DNA of 64,000 bases, from NCBI GenBank assembly GCA_019828565.1, contig JAHDYR010000020.1, positions 167,769 to 231,768 on the forward strand. The letters run 5' to 3'. Position 1 is the stretch's first letter. Every line of letters begins with the position of its first letter. The notes beneath the pieces were generated by a model. That model was not told where the DNA came from. It did not search any database and saw only the letters and a program-made list of their open reading frames with translations. The DNA comes from Carpediemonas membranifera BICM (lineage: Eukaryota > Protista > Fornicata). Below, piece after piece: positions 9,690 to 19,048 of the stretch. A program made the position numbers and the translations under genes.

Positions 9690-10200
9690 GGGATGTGCGA
9701 CTGAACGGAGAGCCACTGAGCTCATCTTCCGTGGCAAGAGAACGCCACAGGATGTTCTCTGCAGCACTCTTGTCCCGATGATCAACATTCAGAGCATCAG
9801 GAACTGTTGCGCGCCACTGAGCACCACGGCACTGTCGATTTTCGCAGAGCATCACACGATGTGGGTGAACGTGCTGGTCATCACGCGGACGAACTCGCTT
9901 GCAGGGGCGTGGCAGTGAGGGCAGACGACGGTGGTGCGATCCTCGTTAACCATGTTAAGATCGACGACAATGTTATACCCCTTGAGAAGGGGAACTATCT
10001 CTCTCGCGAACTTTCGATATGGCGCGCAAGGAATGAACATACCAGCAGGCGTGGTGAATCCCGAGCTCCCGTAGAAGACTTTCAGGCGAATGGGGGTGGC
10101 GATGGGATGGTGGCGACCGAACTCCCGAGCCAACTGTTGGCCGCAGTGGGCGAAGTGCTTCTGGCGAACTATACAAGTGTAGAGGTGAATTTAATGTGGA
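9690..10200 (-). pseudogene. Fanzor C-terminal fragment (bridge helix, RuvC-II, Zn finger, RuvC-III), frameshifted
   Basis: IVRQKHFAHCG...VFYGSSGF...VNEDRTTVVCPHC (Glu 9942-9944); frameshift near 9855; HRVMLCENRQC...HRDKSAAENI (Asp 9772-9774). Confidence 0.82.
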
Positions 10201-10340
10201 ATAGAAGACAATGAGACGACGTGTGAGCGATTGTGATGTTGCAGCTGTGCTGACGTCCACGAAGAAGACGCTTTGTGGAAGCCCTGGAGAAGACGATCTC
10301 CCTACCGACTTTAGACGTGAGTAGGAGGGAGACAGGGCAG

Positions 10341-10368
10341 TGTTGCGCAGTATAAACACATTGTTCGA
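10341..10368 (+). repeat. 28-bp direct repeat DR2 (copy at the Fanzor 5' side)
   Basis: Identical to 9543-9570. Confidence 0.95.
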
Positions 10369-10479
10369 CCCTTCAATAGCACCCGCTTCCATCCATAAAA
10401 CTGCACTAAGTCAGCGAGCGTCCAAGTCATCGTCAAACTGTCATCACTCGAAAAATCTTTACTATATACTATACTACAC

Positions 10480-12623
10480 TCACAGCTCCCGCTTCCGGCT
10501 CATGATGCGGCGCTTGGCCACCATTTGCAGAGTATTACGCGTCACGGTCTTCCTGGCCTCATCAAAGGGGTTCCCCTCCTCGGGGACCACGGGGCCGTCG
10601 TCCTCGAGCTCTTCCCCGGTGTTTGGGAAGGATGAGGCGTACCACTCCTCGAACGATGCCAGCAGCTGGGCCTTGGCCCTGTTGCCGAGCGTCTGGATTG
10701 CCTTGACCTCCGCGGTGACCTCACGCAGCCGGTCGTACGCCGCCCTGTACACGTTCTTCGCGGCATTGAGCTCGTCTGTCATCTGAGAGGCCTCCGCGTC
10801 AACGATGCCCTTTGCCTCGTCCTCCTCGGCGGGGTGGGTCCTCGAGCACTCAGCCAGACGCTCCGTGAGAGTGTCGATGCGGCTCTTGGCATCGTTCACC
10901 TCGTTGGCCAGCGAACGGCGGTCCGCCTTCTTGCGGGCGAGCTCGGCCTTGTTCTCTGAGACAGAAGCGGACATCACCGCGCCCTCGCCGGCACAGAAGC
11001 GTTCAAACCCTTCCTCCTTCGACGGGGCGGGCTCAGCGTCCTTATTCTGCTCCTGGACAACGCGGGGGACGATCTTCGGTTTCATCTTCACGGGCGAGGC
11101 CGACGATGCGATGGCAGAGAGCCCCACGCTGAACCCGGACGTGGCGGTGACGTTGCCGACACCAGAGGTCGAGGGGCGGCTGGCGGCGGCAGTTGGCTTG
11201 CCTGCGCCGCTCGTCATTTCCTGGGCGTGGTCCTGGTCGTCGATCGTGCCAGAAGGATCAGTGACAGTTCCGGCAAGAGACTTGAATTGCCGGAAAACTT
11301 CCTTGATCTGACCGACAGATACGATTTCAATATCGTTAGATTCGCCGGCCATGTACATGCGGACCTGCTGCCGGATGTCGAAGATCTGATCGTCGGACAG
11401 CGTGCCGTAGTTGACGCCGGCACGGTTGGCAATGGCGTCATGCATCGCAAGCTCCTGCTTAAGCTCGCGGACCTCCCTCTCGAGCTTCTTAACCATCATC
11501 ACGGGGTCCATCGACTCGTTGACGACGGCGTGGTTGTTGACGCACATAACGCGCTCAGCGAAACGCAGTGTGGACACCGTTTCATCCAGATGCGCTGTCT
11601 CCCCATGGATGTTGGCGATCATGGACGTCTTGCTGTTACCCCCCAGGGAGTCCCGCAGCACGTTCGTCAGCTTGCTCTGGCGGTATGGGATGTGGTCCCG
11701 GTTCTTGGTCGAGAGCGCCACGACCACCTGCTCGAGGAAAGTGAGTGATTTGTTGATGTAGTTGGCTTCCTGGAGGATCTTGCCGTCAGACTTGGTCTTG
11801 GTCACGCGCTCAGAGCCGGCGAGATCAACCAGATGAAGCTTGCTCATCACCACCTTCTCAGCGACAGACGTGTTGTGGCGCTGCTCGACGTGGATGGTGA
11901 ATATGCAGTGAGACCGGGAGCTAGCGTTGTTCATCTGGTGCTCGGCAATGACACGGGTCGTGTCGCCCTGAAAGAGATAGTGCATGCACTCCTCCTCGGT
12001 GGCGCATACAGGCATCGTGAGACCGCGGACAACGGTGTTGCCGCTTGAATCGTCCTGTATCTGAAGATGGCCAGTCATTTCGTTTGGAGACAGAAGATCG
12101 TAAAGCTGCTCGTTATAAATCTCAAGATACGAAACGCGCACGGTAGCGATTGTGCCTGGGCGTTCGTTGAGGAGTCGGAATAAGTCAATGATGGCCCGGG
12201 GGACGACGCCTCGCTGCAGATAAGACATGGAAGTGTCGCCCGTCATCGTGTAGGTCTTTCCTGGGTAAGATGCGTCTGGGAACGGTGTCACGGGTCCCTT
12301 TTAGCCTAAAGCGGCACAACGGTGGGGTACATACCTGCGCCAGTCTGGCCGTAGCAGAAGACAGTGCCGTTGAATCCAGAGACGACGCTCTCAACAGTAG
12401 GACGGGCACAGCTCTCGTACACGTCCTGCTGCGGTGCGTCCTTCATCACTCTGTCAAAGTTGAATGTGTATACCTTCTGCTGGTTGTCGAGGAACGAGCT
12501 GCTGTCGCTCTTCGAATGCCCCAAGTTCACGGTAACTCCGGCGTCGGTAACGGAGAGAGCTTCAGAAAAGGCTGCTGTGGGGCGCAGACGAACAGCTACT
12601 TGAATATTGCCGCGTTTTGGCAT
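10480..12623 (-). CDS. KIF9: Kinesin-9 family motor (KIF9/KLP1-like), one intron 12261-12334
   Basis: Splicing restores the P-loop GQTGAG|KT; [21 protein letters not shown]. Confidence 0.85.
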
Positions 12624-12828
12624 AGTTTCCTTGATAAGAACTCGAAGAAGGCTGATGCTGTTGTTGGGCTAAACTGCGATAATTTTTCGGACGACGGCTT
12701 AGAAGCCAGTACATGCCCCCCTAGAGGCAGAATCACAGAACAGACGCATCAATAAGGAAGCACAAGAAACTTTTCAGAGAGATCCCGAGTGGACCCTTCC
12801 AAGTCCAACCACGGCCAGCCCTCATGCG

Positions 12829-13605
12829 TCACTCAGGCGCCCTCTTATCGCCCTTCTCGAACGCCACAGGCCCCTTCCGCTTGACGGCCCCACTCACCCC
12901 CTCGGCCCCCTCGAACGCCTTGCTGGCCTCGTGTCTCGCCCCCTCGGCCCAGCTCCGGTCGCTAACACTGTACAGCTTGTCCACGGCATGGCTCTTGAAC
13001 ATTGGGCGGCTGTACATCCCGGGACCGTGGCCCGAGTCCTTGTCCTTTGTGAAGAGACGAGGGTCAAACTTGGATGTCGAGGCGGCTGGACGCTGGCCCA
13101 GTGCCACCTTCTCGCTGATGTCGCGGTGCCGGTCACGGTTGGCATCACGCATGCGGGCTGCGCTGCTTTCACCGAGGTTCAAAGCAAGCTTGGCGGCGGC
13201 GGCGCGGAGGCGCTCTTCCTTCTCCCGCTGGGCAGCAGATTCGGCGGCTTCCTTGAGATCTGCACGTTGCTTCATCTCTGCAGCAACATTAGCCTCTGCA
13301 GCACGGATTGCGTCGGCGTTGTCCACGTGTTTCTCTGACCAGGCGCCGTCCTCTCGCTGGAGAGCATCGGTTGCCACTCGTTGAGCTAGTGGCATGATGT
13401 AGCCTCGTTGGTTCTTCCAGGCGGAGACGAGGCTGGGCACTTTCCATTCTGCTGCCTCTTCTTTGCTCAGTTTCTTTGGTTCACGGTGAAGGACGACGAC
13501 AGGGTCATCATCAATCACCATCTCCTTGTGTCTACGTGCCTTTGATGGCTGAAGGGGGTCCTTTTTGGCCTGGCGTACTTGGATCAACTGTCCCTTCGGT
13601 GGCAT
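12829..13605 (-). CDS. SNW1: SNW1/SKIP/Prp45 splicing factor (reduced)
   Basis: DPLQPSK, WKVPSLVSAWKNQRGY, RDISEKVALG, FDPRLF, GPVAFEK. Confidence 0.9.
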   Translation of the reverse strand: MPPKGQLIQVRQAKKDPLQPSKARRHKEMVIDDDPVVVLHREPKKLSKEEAAEWKVPSLVSAWKNQRGYIMPLAQRVATDALQREDGAWSEKHVDNADAIRAAEANVAAEMKQRADLKEAAESAAQREKEERLRAAAAKLALNLGESSAARMRDANRDRHRDISEKVALGQRPAASTSKFDPRLFTKDKDSGHGPGMYSRPMFKSHAVDKLYSVSDRSWAEGARHEASKAFEGAEGVSGAVKRKGPVAFEKGDKRAPE

Positions 13606-13898
13606 TGTTCTCAGGCCCGATACATTGCCAATGTAACACCGTAAATGGTCAGCTCGGGCCCTTCAAACACCATCGCTCTGCGGGGAGCGTCGGGGGACAG
13701 CACGCGGGTGAGCATGCGTAGTGCTTGGTGTGTGACAGAATTCGAGTGTCGGTAGACCTTGCCTCGCCGAGCCGATGACAAGGTCCCTCGGCCTTGCTAC
13801 GACCCTGATGCCCAAGACCCACTATCCTAGATACACAGCTGCTAGTAACGCTATTTATGACTGGGCCTGCCTTCAAGGCTCGACCCTCCCCACCCCAC

Positions 13899-14681
13899 CT
13901 ACTGCCACAGCCGACGCCCAACCCTCCCGACTCGGCCAAACCAGCCGCGGGCCCCAGTGGCCTCGGGCGACACGTACCCGTCGATGGTGAGCTGCCTCCC
14001 CTTGCTAGGGGTCACGACGGGGCTCTTGAGCGCCGGGGCCTCAACCACCGTCGCCCGGTAGCCCATGGAGCGGACTCGGTCGATGTAGCTGGCGTCAGGG
14101 TTGGACCCGCTGATGATGAGGATGTGGTCGTCGTCAGGGTGCTGCGTGACCGAGAGGACGCCTGGCTGGACGGCGACGCCGCGGACAATGGCCTCGATCT
14201 CGTCATAGCGAACGGAGTGGTCGAGTGAGATGCGGCTGGTCTTGAGGATCCCGCCGAGGCCCTTGCCAACTGGCATAGTCATGTTCATCCTGGAGGCGAC
14301 AGAGCGGCGGGCGGCACGGGGCGTAGGGAAGTCAGGAACGGTGGAGAGGATGTCTAGAGACGTGTTGATGGACGTGCATGCGTCTCTGAGGCGGGTGCCC
14401 TGTGGGGAAGCGGGGTCCGTGCTCGTGAAGACCATAATCAGTGCCTTTTCGATGAGGCCCTTTGTTGGCGACGCAAGGAGATGTTTGCTGCTTTCACCTG
14501 TCTGTGCGAGTAAGTCAAGAGCATCAGCAGCGGTACACTGCAGTTCTCTATTCGTGGTGGTCTCAAGGAAAGATACAAGCCCCGAGACGACACCGGGCAT
14601 CTGCGCAACAGCAGGCCTGTTAGATTCTACTTCAGCTAGAGCGAGAAATTGCCGTGCAAGCGAAAGAGGATCGGCAGACAT
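13899..14681 (-). CDS. ARMC1-like armadillo plus HMA-like domain protein
   Basis: N-terminus DPLSLARQFLALA..NR....GLVSFL, HMA-like middle segment, C-terminal GWFGRVG...W, resembling ARMC1. Confidence 0.6.
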   Translation of the reverse strand: MSADPLSLARQFLALAEVESNRPAVAQMPGVVSGLVSFLETTTNRELQCTAADALDLLAQTGESSKHLLASPTKGLIEKALIMVFTSTDPASPQGTRLRDACTSINTSLDILSTVPDFPTPRAARRSVASRMNMTMPVGKGLGGILKTSRISLDHSVRYDEIEAIVRGVAVQPGVLSVTQHPDDDHILIISGSNPDASYIDRVRSMGYRATVVEAPALKSPVVTPSKGRQLTIDGYVSPEATGARGWFGRVGRVGRRLWQ

Positions 14682-15041
14682 CGAGAATTTCACGGATTTC
14701 TGCTTTTTCGCTAGGCTGCGGAGCGTTCATCGATGGTCAAACATCGGCTTCAACGCCAACTACAGCCATGTTTGTACTAGCAGTGTGTCTGTAGACAGCA
14801 ACAGCACGGTCACCATCCATCACCACTCGAACAAACACAGTTGAGGTCGACCCGCCAGCAGTCGTGTGACGAGACCAAGCCCCGCCGCCGCGAGCAGGCG
14901 AAGAGACTACCCATGCCCGTGGTCAGGATGGCCAGAAGTCACCATCGCCATTGCCATTCCCCTCCCACGGTCATTAGAGCGGGCGTTTATTAAGCAACGA
15001 CGAAAATAAACAGCACAACACAACCAACAACACACGGCCCC

Positions 15042-16492
15042 TCACGGCTTGCAGTACACCTGCTCCCCGCCCTCCGTCGCCCACAACACGGGACGACCGA
15101 ACTGGACCACGAGCTGCCCCAAGGACCCGCCCCCCATCACCGGCCCCACCAGCGGGGCAAGCTCGGACACTGTCCAGTGCGGCTTCTGGGCAAGGTTCAG
15201 CAGCACCGTGAGCCGGGCCACAGAGTCGAGGGGGAGCTGGTCGCCGTCATCCAGGGGCGGTAGGGAGAGATTGCCCGTAGCCTCCCGGGCCCGGCGGTAC
15301 GCGGTGAGCAGGTCGGACATGAGGTACACCAGGCCATCGTGCTCCACCACATGGGCCCCGCAGGCCCGGAATGACTCAGTGCGAGTCATCATGAGGTCGG
15401 CGTGAGGGTCTGAGTCAGCCCCGTACGAGTTGGACGCCAGCGACTCGTTCACTGCCGCGTCACGAAGATCCGCAGCCTCTGCGCAGCTGGCGTCCCGGGT
15501 GGTGGCGTCCTCACTGGTCCGTAGCTTGCTGGCGGCGATGAGGCCGTGCAGCACCGGTTTGTTGACTCGGGCACTGAACCCCTCGGCCCCGACCACGGTC
15601 TGGAGGGCGTCAGTCTGCCCGTCCATGGCCGCGAGCACGTACTGCACCCTCTGGTCGTGGGTCAGGTCGAGACACGTCAGGAGGGCACGGTCGGCCTCGC
15701 CCACAGAGAGCTCGGCGTTCATCGCGATGGCGTCTCTTAGCTCAAGTGTCGTCTCTCCGTTGAGCACTATTGCCTGGTCAATGTCAAACTGCCCTGCCAG
15801 CTTCCTGACGAGGGCAACGACTGCGGGAACGTCACCCTCAGAGTCGGCGTCGAGGTGCCATTCAGAGGGGTAGAGCACGCGGTCATAGGGATGCCCCGGC
15901 TTGAAGTACACGTTTGCATCGGCGATGAGGCAGGCCAGCGTGTGCCGGCTGACGGGCAGCTCGGCCAAGACAGAGCTCACAGTGCACACACCCTGGCCGG
16001 ACTGGTCGTCCACAAGGCGCTCTACGTCTGTGTGAGTGGGCGGGCGGGTACGAACACTCGGCGGGGACCTCAGTCGCTTTCAGCTCGATGGTATCGGAGA
16101 AACGGCCGACAATAGTGACAGCGTCGGGGTTGGGGGGCGGCACTGAGGATGTGATGGCGCCCCCACCTATCTCGGCCATGCTCCCCGAGTCTGTCTGGGT
16201 CAGGTGACACAGGTTGGTCGTCAGCAGCTTGGCGGCCTTGAAACTGTGTTAGGATCGCAAGTATGACGAACATGTGCTCTGTAGGGGGGGCCTGGGCTGA
16301 ATCTTGGACTGGTTCAGCGAAGCGGAGGGCTACACCGCCATTCCAGTGGCTGAATATCTCAGCAACAGGCTTCTCTGCGTCGTTGTGATCAAAGATGTGT
16401 GCAATAGCCTCGCTGGGGCACTCAATCACTAGGAACTCGTCATCTGGATCATATGTCTTACTGTACTGGAATGGTATGGCTTTCCCGCTCAT
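15042..16492 (-). CDS. DCC1: Dcc1 (Ctf18-RFC subunit), two 28-nt introns
   Basis: Spliced ORF via introns gttcgt...ctaacacag and gttcgt...ctcacacag; C-terminal RLTVLLNLAQKPHWTVSELAPLV winged-helix motif. Confidence 0.65.
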
Positions 16493-16775
16493 AATCTTCC
16501 CGCAGCGCACTGCGCCAAGACTAAAACTGCGTCTCCAGTATCGGCTGAGGCGGGTGGCAGACATGGGAGTCAGGTGTAAAGACACGTCATTATGCCGGAC
16601 TTGACCTTAGCTAGAGGATCATGTTCAGTGATGCCGATGTTATCATTTAAAACAGCATAAATTTCTCATAAACTTGTCAGCAATCGGACCTGGGTTCACA
16701 CAATCACTCGAACATGACCAATCCCCGGGACCAACTATTTATAGATCTAGCACAATATGACAACCCCCATCGCCT

Positions 16776-17276
16776 TCATCCGGCCATGAGTTCAGCCAGA
16801 CGGACAAGATATGGCGCCATGGCGTCGTCCGCAGCCTTGACCATCTCGTCCGTCATCTGCGACCCATCCTTGAAGCCGGACGACCGGAAGTACAGGTAAT
16901 GGGTGAACGGGCGGATGACGTAGACGGTAACCAGGCTGTCGTCGCTCAGACGGATGTGGAAGCGCGGCATTCGGGACTTCTTTTCCGTTATTTCATTGCG
17001 GCGGTGGCTTCTGGCGGCACGGGCACCAGCCGAGAGCGTCTCACAAAGCTCTTTTGCTACTCCGCGGCAATTTTGTATTCTCGCATCATCTATTTGGCTA
17101 GCTTCGCCTACAACTAGAATTCTTCGGCTGTCTGCGCCCTTTGCTTTGACTATTGTACATTCCTGCGCCCCCTCGAAGAAGGTGCCGACTTGCTGCAAAA
17201 TTCCTTGCGCAACTTTCCTTGATTCCCCTCTGAGCTCCTTTTCTGGCCTCATACAACATACAAATGGAGAACGCAT
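16776..17276 (-). CDS. Hypothetical protein
   Basis: About 166-aa ORF; two promoter-like motifs at 17295-17304 and 17316-17325. Confidence 0.5.
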   Translation of the reverse strand: MRSPFVCCMRPEKELRGESRKVAQGILQQVGTFFEGAQECTIVKAKGADSRRILVVGEASQIDDARIQNCRGVAKELCETLSAGARAARSHRRNEITEKKSRMPRFHIRLSDDSLVTVYVIRPFTHYLYFRSSGFKDGSQMTDEMVKAADDAMAPYLVRLAELMAG

Positions 17277-17509
17277 GTTGATGTTCACGCTATTGTGCAG
17301 TTTTGGACAAATCCTTAAACTGCGCTCTATTCAAACCCCTCTCTTCGCCGTCAACAAGTCGTTTTTCCCAGAGACATTCCAATCTCGTCTTCCTCGTAGA
17401 TGTTAGAAAACTATTGACTCTTCCAAATCTGCGTAATACCGTGGTTGGCATGGATTCTCACTCAGTCCCCCACTCAGAAATCGCAGTTTAACCATAGCAT
17501 GCCGATTAC

Positions 17510-18979
17510 TCAGTTGCGGACGAGCCGCTTCTCCATGTCCTCGCGCTTCCTGTCAGCAAACTCCAGGGTGCCGTACACTGCGGGGGCAAACGGCTTCCTG
17601 GGCATGTACTGGCCGAACCCGGGGACGGCGGCCTCAGTCAGCTTGCAGTCGTCCACCATGACAGTGCCGCGGACCATGACGGTCTCGGGGCAGCCGTGGA
17701 TCACCTTGCCCTCGAACACGGAGTAGTCGATCTTCGACCCGTGCGTCTGGGCACTGAGAGTGTAGTCGCGGGCCGGGTTCCAGATGGAGATGTCGGCGTC
17801 CGCACCCACAGCAATCACACCCTTCTTGCCGTAGAGGTTGTACAGGCGGCAGGGGTTGGCCGACACGAGGTTGACGAAGCCCGTGCGGGTCAGACGGCCG
17901 GCCATGACACCCTCCTCCCACATGATCAGCGTCCGCTCCTGGATGCCCGCACATCCATTGGGGATAAGAGTGAAGTCGTCACGGCCTCTCTGCCGCTGGG
18001 CCGTCGACCAGGAGCAGTGATCTGAGCCAACGAGGTCGACGTTGTTGTTGACAATGTGACCCCACAATGCGTCCACGTGCTCCCTCGCTCTGAGCGGCGG
18101 GGAGAGGACGTGATGGGCGACGTCGAGCCAGGTTCTGTCGGGGTCGAAGTAGCGGCTTTCGTCGAGGGCAAGGTGGATGCCGCAGACCTCGGTGAACACA
18201 CGGTTGCCGCGCTTGCGGGAGCGCTCGATAGCGTCGATTGAGAACTTATTGGTGTTGTGGGCGACAACGAGGGGCACGCCGGCAGCGGCGGCGATGGTGC
18301 ACGCCCTCTCGCAGGCCTCAGACTCGACGTGGGCGGGGCGGGTGGGGTGGGAGGCAGGGCCGGTCAGCCCACGGGCGAGGAAGTCCTTCTGCATGGCAAC
18401 GATGATATCGCCGTTCTCAGCGTGAACTTGGGGAAGGGCGCCGAGGCGCTTGCAGTGCTGGAAAGAGGCGATGATATCCTCGTCGCTGAGCTGGAGGCGG
18501 CCCTTGTACGCGAGGAAGTGCTTGAAAGAGCACACACCAAGCTCGTTGACGAGCGTCTCCATGTCCTTTGCGGTCTGCTCATCAAACCACGGCACTGAGC
18601 AGTGGAGTCCGTAGTCGGTGACTGTCTGGGCGTCGGCACGGGCACGCCAGTCGTTGTAGGCATCGACAAAGGTGCCGATCTCTCTGTCAGGGTTGATGAA
18701 GTCGATGTACGAGGTCGTCCCGCCGAGGAGGGCGGCCCGGGAGCCGGAGGTGTAGTCATCAATAGTGGAGAACACCCCAATGTTCATGTCAAGGTGAACG
18801 TGCGTGTCAATGCCGCCAGGCATCACGAACTTGCCCGTGGCATCAATCACGGTAGCTCCCTCGGGAACGGCGATCGTTTCAGCAACCTGAGCGATCTTCC
18901 CGTCCTCAATGAGCACATCTGCCTTAAATTCATTATCGCTGTTGACGACAGTTCCGTTCTTGATGATAGTGAAGCCCAT
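17510..18979 (-). CDS. DPYS: Dihydropyrimidinase (amidohydrolase)
   Basis: PGGIDTHVH, SFKHFLAYK, VHAENG, SPPLR, GSDHC, IPNG. Confidence 0.92.
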   Translation of the reverse strand: MGFTIIKNGTVVNSDNEFKADVLIEDGKIAQVAETIAVPEGATVIDATGKFVMPGGIDTHVHLDMNIGVFSTIDDYTSGSRAALLGGTTSYIDFINPDREIGTFVDAYNDWRARADAQTVTDYGLHCSVPWFDEQTAKDMETLVNELGVCSFKHFLAYKGRLQLSDEDIIASFQHCKRLGALPQVHAENGDIIVAMQKDFLARGLTGPASHPTRPAHVESEACERACTIAAAAGVPLVVAHNTNKFSIDAIERSRKRGNRVFTEVCGIHLALDESRYFDPDRTWLDVAHHVLSPPLRAREHVDALWGHIVNNNVDLVGSDHCSWSTAQRQRGRDDFTLIPNGCAGIQERTLIMWEEGVMAGRLTRTGFVNLVSANPCRLYNLYGKKGVIAVGADADISIWNPARDYTLSAQTHGSKIDYSVFEGKVIHGCPETVMVRGTVMVDDCKLTEAAVPGFGQYMPRKPFAPAVYGTLEFADRKREDMEKRLVRN

Positions 18980-19048
18980 CCTTCGTCGTTCAGCACCGCG
19001 ACTTTGCTTGACTCGAAACCGACCCACCCTCGTTAATCCGCTGTTTAC

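Noticed and set aside
1985-10368. 28-51 bp direct repeats as a CRISPR array
   Set aside because: Only pairs, spaced 0.8-4.6 kb apart; eukaryotic context; no cas genes.
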